Shown in pieces: positions 48,384 through 57,790 of a stretch of DNA of 64,000 nt (the stretch's first letter is position 1; each line of letters starts with the position of its first letter). Made by a program: the position numbers and the translations under genes. The stretch comes from Dehalococcoidia bacterium (lineage in GTDB: Bacteria; Chloroflexota; Dehalococcoidia; GIF9; AB-539-J10): positions 32,001 to 96,000 of the forward strand of contig JAUWOR010000004.1 of assembly GCA_030612025.1 (NCBI GenBank), read 5' to 3'. Under the pieces are notes generated by a model that ran no database searches, was not told the DNA's origin, and saw only the letters and a list, made by a program, of their open reading frames with translations.

Positions 48384-48715
48384 TTTTACTAATACTTACA
48401 ATATTATTATATACAATGCTAACTAAGATGTCAAATCACGACGTTAAATTCAATCTTTTTGTAGACTTATGAGAACTTAGTAAATAAATTCTGACTAATA
48501 TTTCTTCAGCCAATAACTTCTGTCTATTCAAGATAATTAGAGTTCGAGTGTAGTGCCGGCTTCCCCATCCAGGATTCAAACTTGCCCGTATATCAAACTA
48601 TTCTCCGATGGAAAACGGTCTTATCTAGGAACTTGCTCTCTAGCCTTTAGTGGCAGAACCAAATGCTATGTTTTATCTAGCTTAGTACAGTTTGTATGTT
48701 ATGTCAACTTTATTA

Positions 48716-48829
48716 TATAACAACCTCAGACATTCCCTAAGTCTTTCTTCAGTTCCTCAGTAGGATAATCGAAAACAGGAATTTTATGTTTCCCCAGGAT
48801 TTCTACGAAGGCTCTTTTGGAATAACCAG
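48716..48829 (-). pseudogene. UPF0175-like antitoxin 3' fragment, copy 1
   Basis: GYSKRAFVEILGKHKIPVFDYPTEELKKDLGNV*; diverged direct repeat of 49966-50079. Confidence 0.6.
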
Positions 48830-48864
48830 CAGGAGTGGAAGCTTGCCACCCGTATCTCATACAT

Positions 48865-49119
48865 TTAAGCTTCCTTCTCCACCTCCTTCACAACCTCCTC
48901 AAATAATCGCCCTCCAGTTATTCGAAACTCATTCTCAGCCTCCATCATGGCTTTTAGATCCTCTTTATCCTCCAAAGCCTCCCTTTTTTCAAGCCACTCT
49001 CGGAATGCCTCGATAGTGATTTCTCGAATCGATTTACCTCGCTCGATAGCAGCAATCTTTATCGCTTTAAGGAGTTCCTCACTTCCTAAATCTACAGTTA
49101 TTCGCGTTCCTTTAGCCAT
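48865..49119 (-). CDS. RHH-type antitoxin-like protein with a truncated downstream partner (MYEIRVAS...)
   Basis: RITVDL beta strand, IREITIEAFREWL; AAGGAGGTG RBS. Confidence 0.7.
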   Translation of the reverse strand: MAKGTRITVDLGSEELLKAIKIAAIERGKSIREITIEAFREWLEKREALEDKEDLKAMMEAENEFRITGGRLFEEVVKEVEKEA

Positions 49120-49334
49120 ACTCACCTCCTTCGCTTGCATTATAGCATAAAGACATAAAAATGAGTAACTGCTATGCAAAAGTTATTTCATCTAAAAGGG
49201 TTCCAATTCTTCGGCAACCATTTCTGGTGAGGTATCGATGACCCACGCATCATATAGCCTCTCAAGTGGGCCAGTATCGTCGGTGTAGATTCCGCTGGGA
49301 TATGGTCGAGATATGAGCTTGATATTTAGGCTCA

Positions 49335-49580
49335 TTATGTCCTGTCATAAGCTTTCAAAAATTCGTCTCTGGATATTCCAGCTTGTGCACATATTGTTCT
49401 TAGTGTTGAACTTTTGATCCTCGGATGGTTAGGCATCGTCAAAGGCGTTCTACTTCCATCGGGATTTTCACGTACCATGGCAATGTGCTCCTTTTCTCTA
49501 ACAAACTCGAAACCAAGAAGTCCAAAAGCCTTTATTACTCGCCTCTTAGGAACATCAACCGGGAACTTTCTCTCAAACAT
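49335..49580 (-). CDS. HicA-like toxin
   Basis: GFEFVREKEHIAM, MPNH..IKSSTLRTI. Confidence 0.8.
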   Translation of the reverse strand: MFERKFPVDVPKRRVIKAFGLLGFEFVREKEHIAMVRENPDGSRTPLTMPNHPRIKSSTLRTICAQAGISRDEFLKAYDRT

Positions 49581-49800
49581 TTACCCCCGTTTCAGTAATG
49601 AAAGCCTCAAGAACGGGGGGCTCTGATTCAATTACTTCTTTACCAAAGGTCTCGATATGAAACCGGATAGCTGATTTCACATCTGACACAGCTTCTTCAT
49701 AAGTATCCCCTTGCCCTACCACGATGCCTTTCAAGCCCAGGGGATATGCGACATACCCATCGGGGGTTTTTTCCACTACAATTTTAAACTGATGTACCAT
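49573..49800 (-). CDS. HicB-like antitoxin
   Basis: DGYVAYP, GQGDTYEEAV. Confidence 0.85.
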   Translation of the reverse strand: MVHQFKIVVEKTPDGYVAYPLGLKGIVVGQGDTYEEAVSDVKSAIRFHIETFGKEVIESEPPVLEAFITETGVNV

Positions 49801-49965
49801 AATTTACCTCCTGGATTTACGTCCTTGGCATTTTTAAGGAAGCAAGCTCAATCATGCTCTTGCATTGCCAATTATAGCACTACTAGTGCAAATTTTGTGG
49901 TGGAGGGTAAAGCTATATTTTTATCTTGGATGAGCAGCTTTTATTGGTATGTCAAATTCATTGCG

Positions 49966-50079
49966 TATAATAACCTGCGGCATTCTCTAACTCTTTTTTC
50001 AGTTCCTCGGCAGGATAGTTGAAAACAGGAATTTTATGTTTTCCCAGGATTTCTGCGAAGGCTCTTTTAGGATAACCAG
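49966..50079 (-). pseudogene. UPF0175-like antitoxin 3' fragment, copy 2
   Basis: Collinear with 48716-48829. Confidence 0.6.
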
Positions 50080-50272
50080 TGTGGCACCCAGATTTTAATT
50101 TAATAGCCCCTCTATTTCCCGTTTGATGCTTTGGTTAAGTTTTTCAGGCAAGGGGGGATTTTGTCTCAGCTAAAAGATTATAGAAGGTAGTCCTTAGGAT
50201 GGCCACTTTTTGAATAAGGGGGGATATAGCAAAAGTTCATTGAAGTCGATCTTAAGAAGTAAGATGGCTCTT

Positions 50273-50617
50273 TTAGCAAGTCAGGTGCAAAGCCGCTATA
50301 ACCTGCTCTTCCGCTTGAGATTTTTCGTTGTAGATTTTAGATGCTTTATCAGTTGGCTCCGCTATTAGTTCTATATTATTGGACTTCAAGAATTCCTTTA
50401 CCTCCTGTTTAACTTCAACATAACCAAAAGCTCCGGTTCCAACTATTAAAACCTTCGGCGCAGCTTCAATGATTCCCTTCATATCTTCCATATTCAGCTC
50501 GTGTCCTTCTTTACGCCACCAACCACTATTAACCTTGTTGGGAAAGACAATAACATCGCTCGTATATTTCTTACCGTTTATCACTACCTCTCCAAAGGAA
50601 TAAAAATCAATACGCAT
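50273..50617 (-). CDS. Mth938-like domain protein
   Basis: YSFG, WWRKEGH, IVGTG and ALHLTC motifs. Confidence 0.9.
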   Translation of the reverse strand: MRIDFYSFGEVVINGKKYTSDVIVFPNKVNSGWWRKEGHELNMEDMKGIIEAAPKVLIVGTGAFGYVEVKQEVKEFLKSNNIELIAEPTDKASKIYNEKSQAEEQVIAALHLTC

Positions 50618-50720
50618 ACTTTCCTCCCTGGTTTGGCTTTTAAGCTTATCATACCAGCCTGATTACCTATTTTTGAAGCACAAACCAATTGTGTAATGCT
50701 CTATAATATGTTGTAAGTGT

Positions 50721-51419
50721 ATGTCATCAGATTTAGCCAAGCGGATTGAAGCCCTAGCTCAATGGATGTTTGAAGCAAGGCATCTGGTTGTCTTCACCGG
50801 TGCCGGCATAAGCACGGAATCAGGTTTGCCTGATTTCCGCGGGCCCGATGGCATCTGGACACGCCAGGCAAAAGGACTCCCTCCAAAGGCAAGACCATTT
50901 GGCTCTGTAGAGCCTAATGCGGGGCACATGGCTATTGTGGAGCTACAGAAACTGGGCAAGCTGAGTTTTCTTATCTCGCAAAATGTGGACAATCTTCACT
51001 TGAGGTCCGGAATACGCCCTGATTTACTGGCAGAGTTACATGGCAATATCACCAAGTTGCGGTGCACTCGCTGTGAAGCTGAAGTGGATAAATCTGCCGG
51101 GCTGAGGAGATGCTCTTGTGGAGGCAGACTGGTTTCCAGTGTGGTTAACTTTGGTCAGCCCTTGCCTCGAAAGGCACTGGCAGATTCCTATTGGCATTCG
51201 GAAAACTGTGCCCTTTTCATAGTCGCTGGCTCAAGCCTCGTGGTCACTCCGGCCGCTGACATGCCTAGAGTGGCTCTGAAATCAGGAGCCAGGCTGGTGA
51301 TTATCAATCAAGGTGAAACGCCATTCGACCGGGTTGCTCATCTGAGATTCTGGGAAGGGATAGGAGAAGTCTTACCTCCAGCAGTGGCTCAGTTAAAGGA
51401 ACTCATGAGAGTATCTTGA
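50721..51419 (+). CDS. Sir2-family NAD-dependent deacylase
   Basis: GAGISTESGLPDFRG, QNVDNLH and GSSL motifs. Confidence 0.93.
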   Translation: MSSDLAKRIEALAQWMFEARHLVVFTGAGISTESGLPDFRGPDGIWTRQAKGLPPKARPFGSVEPNAGHMAIVELQKLGKLSFLISQNVDNLHLRSGIRPDLLAELHGNITKLRCTRCEAEVDKSAGLRRCSCGGRLVSSVVNFGQPLPRKALADSYWHSENCALFIVAGSSLVVTPAADMPRVALKSGARLVIINQGETPFDRVAHLRFWEGIGEVLPPAVAQLKELMRVS

Positions 51420-52566
51420 TTGGGCTGTTTCCCAGATGGGAAGTTATCTTACTCAAAAGCTTATCCACTCCCCAGCCTTTGGTGGCGGAGATAAGGGCTA
51501 TGTTTTTATCAGGCAGCACGATTTGTTCCTTAAGACAAGGAACAGCAGTCAGGATTTCTAGCTCCCCTTCACTGCTCAGGGCTAAGTCTAATTTGTTGAA
51601 CACTGTGATTCTAGGCTTGTCTTTAAGGTTTAGCTCGTCAAGGATTTCCTCTACTGTGCAGCACTGATTAGCGGCGTTTTTATGCGTTATGTCAACCATA
51701 TGCAGGAGTAAGTTGGCTTCACCAAGCTCCTCCAGCGTGGCTCGAAAGGCGGCAATGATTGATGACGGCAGTTTTTGAATAAAGCCTACAGTGTCAGTCA
51801 TCAAGAATTGCTGACTGTTGGGTAAGTTCAAACGGCGAGTTACTGGGTCGAGGGTAGAAAAAAGCTTGTCTTCTACAACTACACCAGCCTGGCTTAAGGC
51901 GTTAAATAAGGTGCTTTTGCCAGCATTAGTATAGCCAACAAGGGCTACAATTGGCATTCCTATTTTCTTGCGTTGCTTTCTATAAAGAGCTCTGTGCTGT
52001 CTTACCTCTTCTATTTCATGTTGCAGACGATTGATGCGCTTATGAATAAGGCGGCGGTCAGTTTCTAATTGCGATTCGCCAGGACCTCTGGTGCCGATAC
52101 CGCCACCAAGTCGCTCTAAATGGCTCCACTGACCCACAAGCCTTGGCAGAAGGTATTGGTGCTGAGCTAACTCAACTTGAAGCTGTCCTTCATGGGTTCG
52201 AGCTTGTTTGGCAAATATGTCCAAAATGAGGGCTGTGCGGTCAATAACCTTGACCTGTAATAATTCTTCCAGGTTTCTTTGCTGCCGCGGTGATAGCTCA
52301 TCATCAAAAATCACTGTGTTGTATTGAGTTTGCTCTTTGAGGCTAATTAGCTCGGCAATCTTTCCCTTGCCGATATAATAAGTAGGTGAAGGCGCTTTTA
52401 GTTTCTGGGTAAACATACCTACCACATTGGCGCCGGCTGTCCTGGCTAGATAAGATAATTCCTGTAGAGAATCAACAGCTGACCAACCATGGTTAGAGGC
52501 CTTGCTCTCTACTCCTACCAGGAATGCTTGCTCCTCAGTTTGGGTAGCGAAAAGCTCCTGCTTTAT
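51403..52566 (-). CDS. hflX: GTPase HflX (start uncertain)
   Basis: GTRGPGE, GYTNAGKS, DTVGFI and NKLD motifs. Confidence 0.95.
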   Translation of the reverse strand: MKQELFATQTEEQAFLVGVESKASNHGWSAVDSLQELSYLARTAGANVVGMFTQKLKAPSPTYYIGKGKIAELISLKEQTQYNTVIFDDELSPRQQRNLEELLQVKVIDRTALILDIFAKQARTHEGQLQVELAQHQYLLPRLVGQWSHLERLGGGIGTRGPGESQLETDRRLIHKRINRLQHEIEEVRQHRALYRKQRKKIGMPIVALVGYTNAGKSTLFNALSQAGVVVEDKLFSTLDPVTRRLNLPNSQQFLMTDTVGFIQKLPSSIIAAFRATLEELGEANLLLHMVDITHKNAANQCCTVEEILDELNLKDKPRITVFNKLDLALSSEGELEILTAVPCLKEQIVLPDKNIALISATKGWGVDKLLSKITSHLGNSPIKILS

Positions 52567-52587
52567 TTGTTCCCTCCTGTTTACCCT

Positions 52588-52688
52588 GAGGCTGTTTAAT
52601 TTTGATTTCTCGTTCAAATTTTTGTAGTTGCCTGATTTATCAGGCAGAAGCGCCCAATAAATTGGGCAACTACATTTCTAAACAGCCT
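52588..52688 (-). mobile_element. Short composite MITE copy supplying the dapL stop
   Basis: gaggctgtttaatttt ... atttctaaacagcct. Confidence 0.8.
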
Positions 52689-53844
52689 TCCAATTTAATA
52701 GGCGGTTTACTCCTTCCTCTAAACGGTCATCAGCCAGAGTTAGAGAGAATCTAATGTAACCCTCTCCCTCCTTTCCATAGCCAATGCCAGGAGTGACAGC
52801 TATGCCAGCTTCATCAAGCAACTTTTTAGTGAAATCTATCGAAGTATAGCCCTGAGGAACCTTAGCCCAAATATAGAAAGTGGCTTTGGGTATCCTGGCT
52901 TTTAAGCCTATTTTAGCCAGGACTTTTATCAGTTTATCTCGGCGCCGCTGCAAAATGGCATTATGCTCAGCGATATGGTTCTGAGAGCCACGCAGGGCTT
53001 CGATAGCAGCCTGCTGAATTGCTTGAGGGATGCCCGAATCCAGATTGGATTTAACTCGCAATAAGGCATCTATCATCTCAGCATTGCCTACCACCATGCC
53101 TATTCGCCACCCTGTCATGTGATAAGTTTTGGACAAGGAGTGAAATTCTACGCCAACTTCCTTAGCTCCTGATGCTTGCATAAAGCTTGGTGGCTTGTAG
53201 CCATCAAAGAAAACTTCGGTGTAAGGAGCATCGTGGCAGACAGCTAGATTATTGTGCTGGCGAGCAAAATGAACTGCCTTTTCGAAGAAATCAATGTCTG
53301 CTGTAGCCCCAGTGGGATTGTTGGGATAGTTTAACCACATGAGCTTTGCTTTGCCGGCTATCGGCTCAGGGATGGCTTCGAAGTCAGGCAAGAAGTCATT
53401 CACCTCTTTCAAGGGCATAAAATAAGGCTCGCCACCAGCCAGTATAGTGCCCATAGAAAACGGTGGATACCCTGGGTCGGGTACTAAAGCTATATCACCA
53501 ACCTCAATAAAGCACAACGCCATATGCCCAATTCCTTCCTTGGAGCCAATGAGCGGCAGCACTTCTTTATCTGGATTTAGAATAACCCCGAATCGCCTCC
53601 CGTACCATTCGGCAATAGCCTGTCGGAGTGCAGGCAAGCCGCTAGTCTCGGGATACCGATGATTAGCCTGGTTGTGTGCTGCCTGGCACATGCATTCAAT
53701 AATGTGAGCCGGCGTGGGCAAATCAGGGTCACCGAGGGCGAAGCTGATGATGTCCTCTCCCCTAGCTCGAAGTTCAGCGATTTTCTGATTTATGTCGACA
53801 AAAAGATAAGGGGGTAACTTATTAAGTCGTTTGGCTAATTCCAT
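52678..53844 (-). CDS. dapL: LL-diaminopimelate aminotransferase
   Basis: GSKEG, NYPNNPTG and SLSKTY..GWRIG motifs; directly after dapF. Confidence 0.88.
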   Translation of the reverse strand: MELAKRLNKLPPYLFVDINQKIAELRARGEDIISFALGDPDLPTPAHIIECMCQAAHNQANHRYPETSGLPALRQAIAEWYGRRFGVILNPDKEVLPLIGSKEGIGHMALCFIEVGDIALVPDPGYPPFSMGTILAGGEPYFMPLKEVNDFLPDFEAIPEPIAGKAKLMWLNYPNNPTGATADIDFFEKAVHFARQHNNLAVCHDAPYTEVFFDGYKPPSFMQASGAKEVGVEFHSLSKTYHMTGWRIGMVVGNAEMIDALLRVKSNLDSGIPQAIQQAAIEALRGSQNHIAEHNAILQRRRDKLIKVLAKIGLKARIPKATFYIWAKVPQGYTSIDFTKKLLDEAGIAVTPGIGYGKEGEGYIRFSLTLADDRLEEGVNRLLNWKAV

Positions 53845-53847
53845 TGG

Positions 53848-54735
53848 CTATTCTCCTTTAGTTAGATACTCCCCGGTGAAAACTTCTTCCACCGGGCCGG
53901 TGAGCAATACCTCCCCTACCCTATCCCACGATATAGTCAAGGTCCCACCTGGAAGTATTATGTCAACTATATCGTCCACGTAATTATGTAGCTGGGCAGC
54001 TACAGCTATGGCACAGGCACCACTACCACAAGCAAGAGTCTCTCCCACACCTCGCTCCCATACTCTAGCTTCTATCTCCCCCCTACTCAAAACCCTAGCT
54101 ATCTCAAAGTTTGTCCTTTGTGGAAACAGGGGATGTCTTTCCACCCTGGACCCCACCTCGGCTAAGGGAAAACTAGCTACTGGCTCAGATACAAAGCTCA
54201 CCGCATGGGGATTGCCCATAGATAAGAGGGATACTGATAGCTGATAGCTGTTAGCTATCAGCTGATAGGTGATTACTGGAGACTGCTTCGCTTCGCTCGC
54301 AACGGCATCTGTGGTGAGGGTGACGGGAATTTGTTCTGGTTGGAACTGGGGCGTGCCCATGCTTACCTCGACGCGGCTCACTTTATTTCTCAACATGTAC
54401 GCTTTAGCCTGTCTCATGCCCGATAAAGTTTCTATCCTTAAATTTGTTGTACTAACTATGCCCTTTTCAATAGCATACTTGGCAAGACACCTTAATCCGT
54501 TGCCACAGGTCTCAGCCTCGGAACCATCTGAATTAAAGATGCGCATCTTTAATTCGCAATAGCTAGAATTCTGCACTAATATCAAGCCATCAGCCCCTAC
54601 GCCAAAGTGACGGTCACACATAATTTGAGCTAACTGACAGGGGGCGAAAAGTTCAAGGTCAGGATGACAAAATGGGGCTCTGGCATCTACCAGAATAAAA
54701 TCGTTTCCTGTAGCCTGGAATTTGGAGAATTTCAT
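53848..54735 (-). CDS. dapF: Diaminopimelate epimerase with repeat-derived inserts
   Basis: GNDF, CGNG, GNPH and ERGVGETLACGSG motifs. Confidence 0.96.
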   Translation of the reverse strand: MKFSKFQATGNDFILVDARAPFCHPDLELFAPCQLAQIMCDRHFGVGADGLILVQNSSYCELKMRIFNSDGSEAETCGNGLRCLAKYAIEKGIVSTTNLRIETLSGMRQAKAYMLRNKVSRVEVSMGTPQFQPEQIPVTLTTDAVASEAKQSPVITYQLIANSYQLSVSLLSMGNPHAVSFVSEPVASFPLAEVGSRVERHPLFPQRTNFEIARVLSRGEIEARVWERGVGETLACGSGACAIAVAAQLHNYVDDIVDIILPGGTLTISWDRVGEVLLTGPVEEVFTGEYLTKGE

Positions 54736-55676
54736 GCCATAAAGCCTCTTATTAGATTCTTCGCTTCGCTCAGAATGACAGGGAGCGAAGGGCTCAGAAT
54801 GATAGACGACGGGCTGACATCAAACCAGCAAATTCTTTCGTCGTCCAGATGAAACCAAGCATATTGATGACGAGCAAAGCGATGGGTTTCATACTTTATC
54901 TGTTCAATAGCTGCCGGCAAAGTCAACTGGCCTTGAAGAAACTGGCCCACTTGCTTATAACCTACACCCGACATAGCAGACAAGGAAAAGCTATAACCCA
55001 TTTTTACTAGCTCCTCTATCTCCGCAACTAATCCCTCTTGTATCATTTTATCAACACGCTGATCAATCCTATTATACAACTTGCTTCTTTCTACGGTTAA
55101 ACCGATGATGCGGATAGGAAAACCTGGCGCCTCCTTGCGCCATAACTGAGAGGGAAGCTGCCCTGTCATGTGGTAAATCTCTAAAGCCCTGATGATACGG
55201 CGGATATTGCCAGGATGGATTTTGGTTGCGGCGAGAGGGTCGATCTGCTGAAGTTCTTTATAAAGCACATAGCCACCTTCTCGCTTCGCTCTGGCTTCCA
55301 AATCACATCTTAGTTTAGGGTTAGGTGGCACCTGGGGTATTTTCCATCCTTCTAATATTGACCACAGATAAAGGCCACTGCCACCTACCAATAACGGCAG
55401 TTTGCCTTTTTGCTGGATAGCCTTGATTGCCTCGGTAGCCAGTTGATGATACATAGCTAGGTTAAAATCTTCATCAGGGTTAACTATATCAATAAGGTGA
55501 TGAGGGACTGATGCTCTTTCAGCTAAAGTGGGTTTATTGGTGCCGATATCCATATAGCGGTAAACCTGTCGGCTATCAGCGCTTACTATCTCTACCGGGA
55601 AATCTCGAGCTAAGTGTAGAGCAAGCTCACTTTTGCCTACTGCTGTGGGACCAACGATGGCAACAAGGCATTCCAT
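54732..55676 (-). CDS. miaA: tRNA dimethylallyltransferase
   Basis: GPTAVGKS, DSRQVY and GGSGLY motifs. Confidence 0.97.
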   Translation of the reverse strand: MECLVAIVGPTAVGKSELALHLARDFPVEIVSADSRQVYRYMDIGTNKPTLAERASVPHHLIDIVNPDEDFNLAMYHQLATEAIKAIQQKGKLPLLVGGSGLYLWSILEGWKIPQVPPNPKLRCDLEARAKREGGYVLYKELQQIDPLAATKIHPGNIRRIIRALEIYHMTGQLPSQLWRKEAPGFPIRIIGLTVERSKLYNRIDQRVDKMIQEGLVAEIEELVKMGYSFSLSAMSGVGYKQVGQFLQGQLTLPAAIEQIKYETHRFARHQYAWFHLDDERICWFDVSPSSIILSPSLPVILSEAKNLIRGFMA

Positions 55677-55699
55677 TTCCAGCTACCAGCTATCAGCTA

Positions 55700-56488
55700 T
55701 CAGCTTAATGCTGACCGCTGACTGCTGAATGCTCCCTTGATTGCTGCCGTTTGCTCAATAATGCTCAAGAATTCCTCGGCCTTGAGGCTACTTCCACCAA
55801 CTAAAGCGCCATCAATCTCCAATTGGGATATAAACTCAGCGATGTTGTCACTAGTAACGCTGCCGCCATAGAGGATACGTAAATCTTGAGCCACATCCTT
55901 GCCCCACAGCTTAGCTATAATATTGCGGATGAACTTGATGGTAGCTGCTGCTTGTTCGCTGCTAGCTGCCTTGTCGGTGCCAATGGCCCATACTGGCTCG
56001 TAAGCAATCACCAAATCGCGGGCTGGTTTTATATTGTTTAAACCTTGACTAACCTGCTTACTAATCACTTCCTCTGTCCTGCCGGCTTCGTTTTCCTCAA
56101 ATCTTTCTCCAACACATAAAATGGGCTTAAGCTTGTTTGCCAGAGCTATTCTTATCTTCTTATTAACTATCTCGTCAGTTTCACTGAAATACCACCGTCG
56201 CTCAGAATGTCCCAGAATAACAAATTCACATAACTCTGTGAGCATTGCCGGTGAAATCTCACCGGTATAAGCTCCTTTGGCTTCAAAATGCATGTTCTGC
56301 GCACCGAGTTTAACAGAAGAACCTTTTATTAGTCCCCTTATCATAGTCAGAGAAGTAAATGGTGGGCAGATTACCTTCTCTACCCCCTCTATTCTGTCCA
56401 GGCTATCTAGCATGTCATGGGTGAGCTTTTCAGCTTCATCCAGTGTGGTATTCATTTTCCAGTTGCCAGCGATAAGGGGAATGCGCAT
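55700..56488 (-). CDS. tpiA: Triosephosphate isomerase
   Basis: AGNWKMN, GHSERR and YEPVWAIGT motifs. Confidence 0.98.
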   Translation of the reverse strand: MRIPLIAGNWKMNTTLDEAEKLTHDMLDSLDRIEGVEKVICPPFTSLTMIRGLIKGSSVKLGAQNMHFEAKGAYTGEISPAMLTELCEFVILGHSERRWYFSETDEIVNKKIRIALANKLKPILCVGERFEENEAGRTEEVISKQVSQGLNNIKPARDLVIAYEPVWAIGTDKAASSEQAAATIKFIRNIIAKLWGKDVAQDLRILYGGSVTSDNIAEFISQLEIDGALVGGSSLKAEEFLSIIEQTAAIKGAFSSQRSALS

Positions 56489-56497
56489 TAGCTAACT

Positions 56498-56582
56498 CAA
56501 ATCCTAAACTCTAATTTCTAAGCTCTAAACAAATTCAAAATCCAAATTCCTAATTTTTTAGGATTTAGATATTAGTATTTAG
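56498..56582. repeat. Degenerate heptamer tandem array (AAATCCT-like) in inverted arrangement
   Basis: aaatcctaaactctaatttctaagctctaa...taggatttagatattagtatttag; related tract at 23752-23784. Confidence 0.65.
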
Positions 56583-57781
56583 TGCTTCTTTTTAATCTTA
56601 TCTGGCAAGATTTCCACTCCAGGCAAAGTAGCGCCTTCTAAGAATCTTAAGCTGGCACCGCCTCCAGTGGAGACATGGGTCATTTTATTAGCCAGTCCCA
56701 TTTCCTGGACTATCTCAGCACTAGAGCCGCCACCGATAATGGCAGTAGCGTTGACAGTAGAAAGAAGCTTGGCTAATGACCTGGTCCCTTGAGCAAACTG
56801 AGGTATCTCGTAAATTCCCATGGGTCCATTCCACATAATGGTGTGGCACTTCCTTAGCTCGTTGGAGAAAAGCTCGATGGTCTGAGGTCCGATATCCACA
56901 ATGTAGCTATCAGGCGATATATCGCTTATGGACACCACTTTAGTTTTTGCCTCAGCTTTAATCTCCTTGGCTACAACCACATCAACTGGCAGCAAGAATG
57001 GCACCTTCCATTCTTCGGCTTCCTTAAGCAACTCTTTAGCCAGGCTCAATTTATCCCTTTCCACTAAAGAGTGTCCCACTTCGTATCCCTGCGCCTTCAA
57101 GAAAGTAGCCACCATACCACCGCCAATAAGCAAGATATCGAGCTTCTTTAGCATATTTTGCATCAGGCCTATTTTGTCGCTTACCTTAGCACCACCTATC
57201 ACGCAGGCGAAAGGATGCACTGGAGCACTCAGAAGGTTACCCATAGCTTCTAATTCTGTTTCCATAAGGAAGCCGGCCACCGCTGGCAAGTATTTGGCTA
57301 CACCCACAGTAGAGGCATGAGCTCTGTGTGCCGTGCCAAAAGCATCGTTAACGTAAATGTCAGCTAAACGGGCTAATTCTTGGGCAAAATGAGGGTCGTT
57401 TGCCTCTTCCTCGGGGTGAAAGCGCACATTTTCCAGAAACAGAATATCGCCTTCTTTAAGTACTTTTACCTTATTTTCTACCTCTCGGCCCACGCAATCA
57501 GGTACTATGCCGACAGGTAAACCTATAAGCTGTGACAAGCGCTGTGCTACTGGTGTCATTCGTAATTCCTCAACTACTCTGCCTTTGGGACGTCCCAGAT
57601 GAGAGCAAAGAATTACCTTGGCTTTATGCGCAACAAGATAATTAATGGTAGGCAATGAGGCTCGGATGCGGCTATCATCACTAATGGCGCCGGTATTTAC
57701 ATCCAACGGAACGTTGAAATCAACTCTAACCAGCACCCTTTTCCCTTCAACATCTATATCCTTGACAGTCTTTCTCTGCAT
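56579..57781 (-). CDS. pgk: Phosphoglycerate kinase
   Basis: RVDFNVP, SHLGRP and STGGGASL motifs. Confidence 0.98.
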   Translation of the reverse strand: MQRKTVKDIDVEGKRVLVRVDFNVPLDVNTGAISDDSRIRASLPTINYLVAHKAKVILCSHLGRPKGRVVEELRMTPVAQRLSQLIGLPVGIVPDCVGREVENKVKVLKEGDILFLENVRFHPEEEANDPHFAQELARLADIYVNDAFGTAHRAHASTVGVAKYLPAVAGFLMETELEAMGNLLSAPVHPFACVIGGAKVSDKIGLMQNMLKKLDILLIGGGMVATFLKAQGYEVGHSLVERDKLSLAKELLKEAEEWKVPFLLPVDVVVAKEIKAEAKTKVVSISDISPDSYIVDIGPQTIELFSNELRKCHTIMWNGPMGIYEIPQFAQGTRSLAKLLSTVNATAIIGGGSSAEIVQEMGLANKMTHVSTGGGASLRFLEGATLPGVEILPDKIKKKH

Positions 57782-57790
57782 TTTTCCCTC

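Noticed and set aside
50721-51419. Sir2 as an anti-phage NADase
   Set aside because: Short canonical sirtuin with Zn ribbon, next to housekeeping genes
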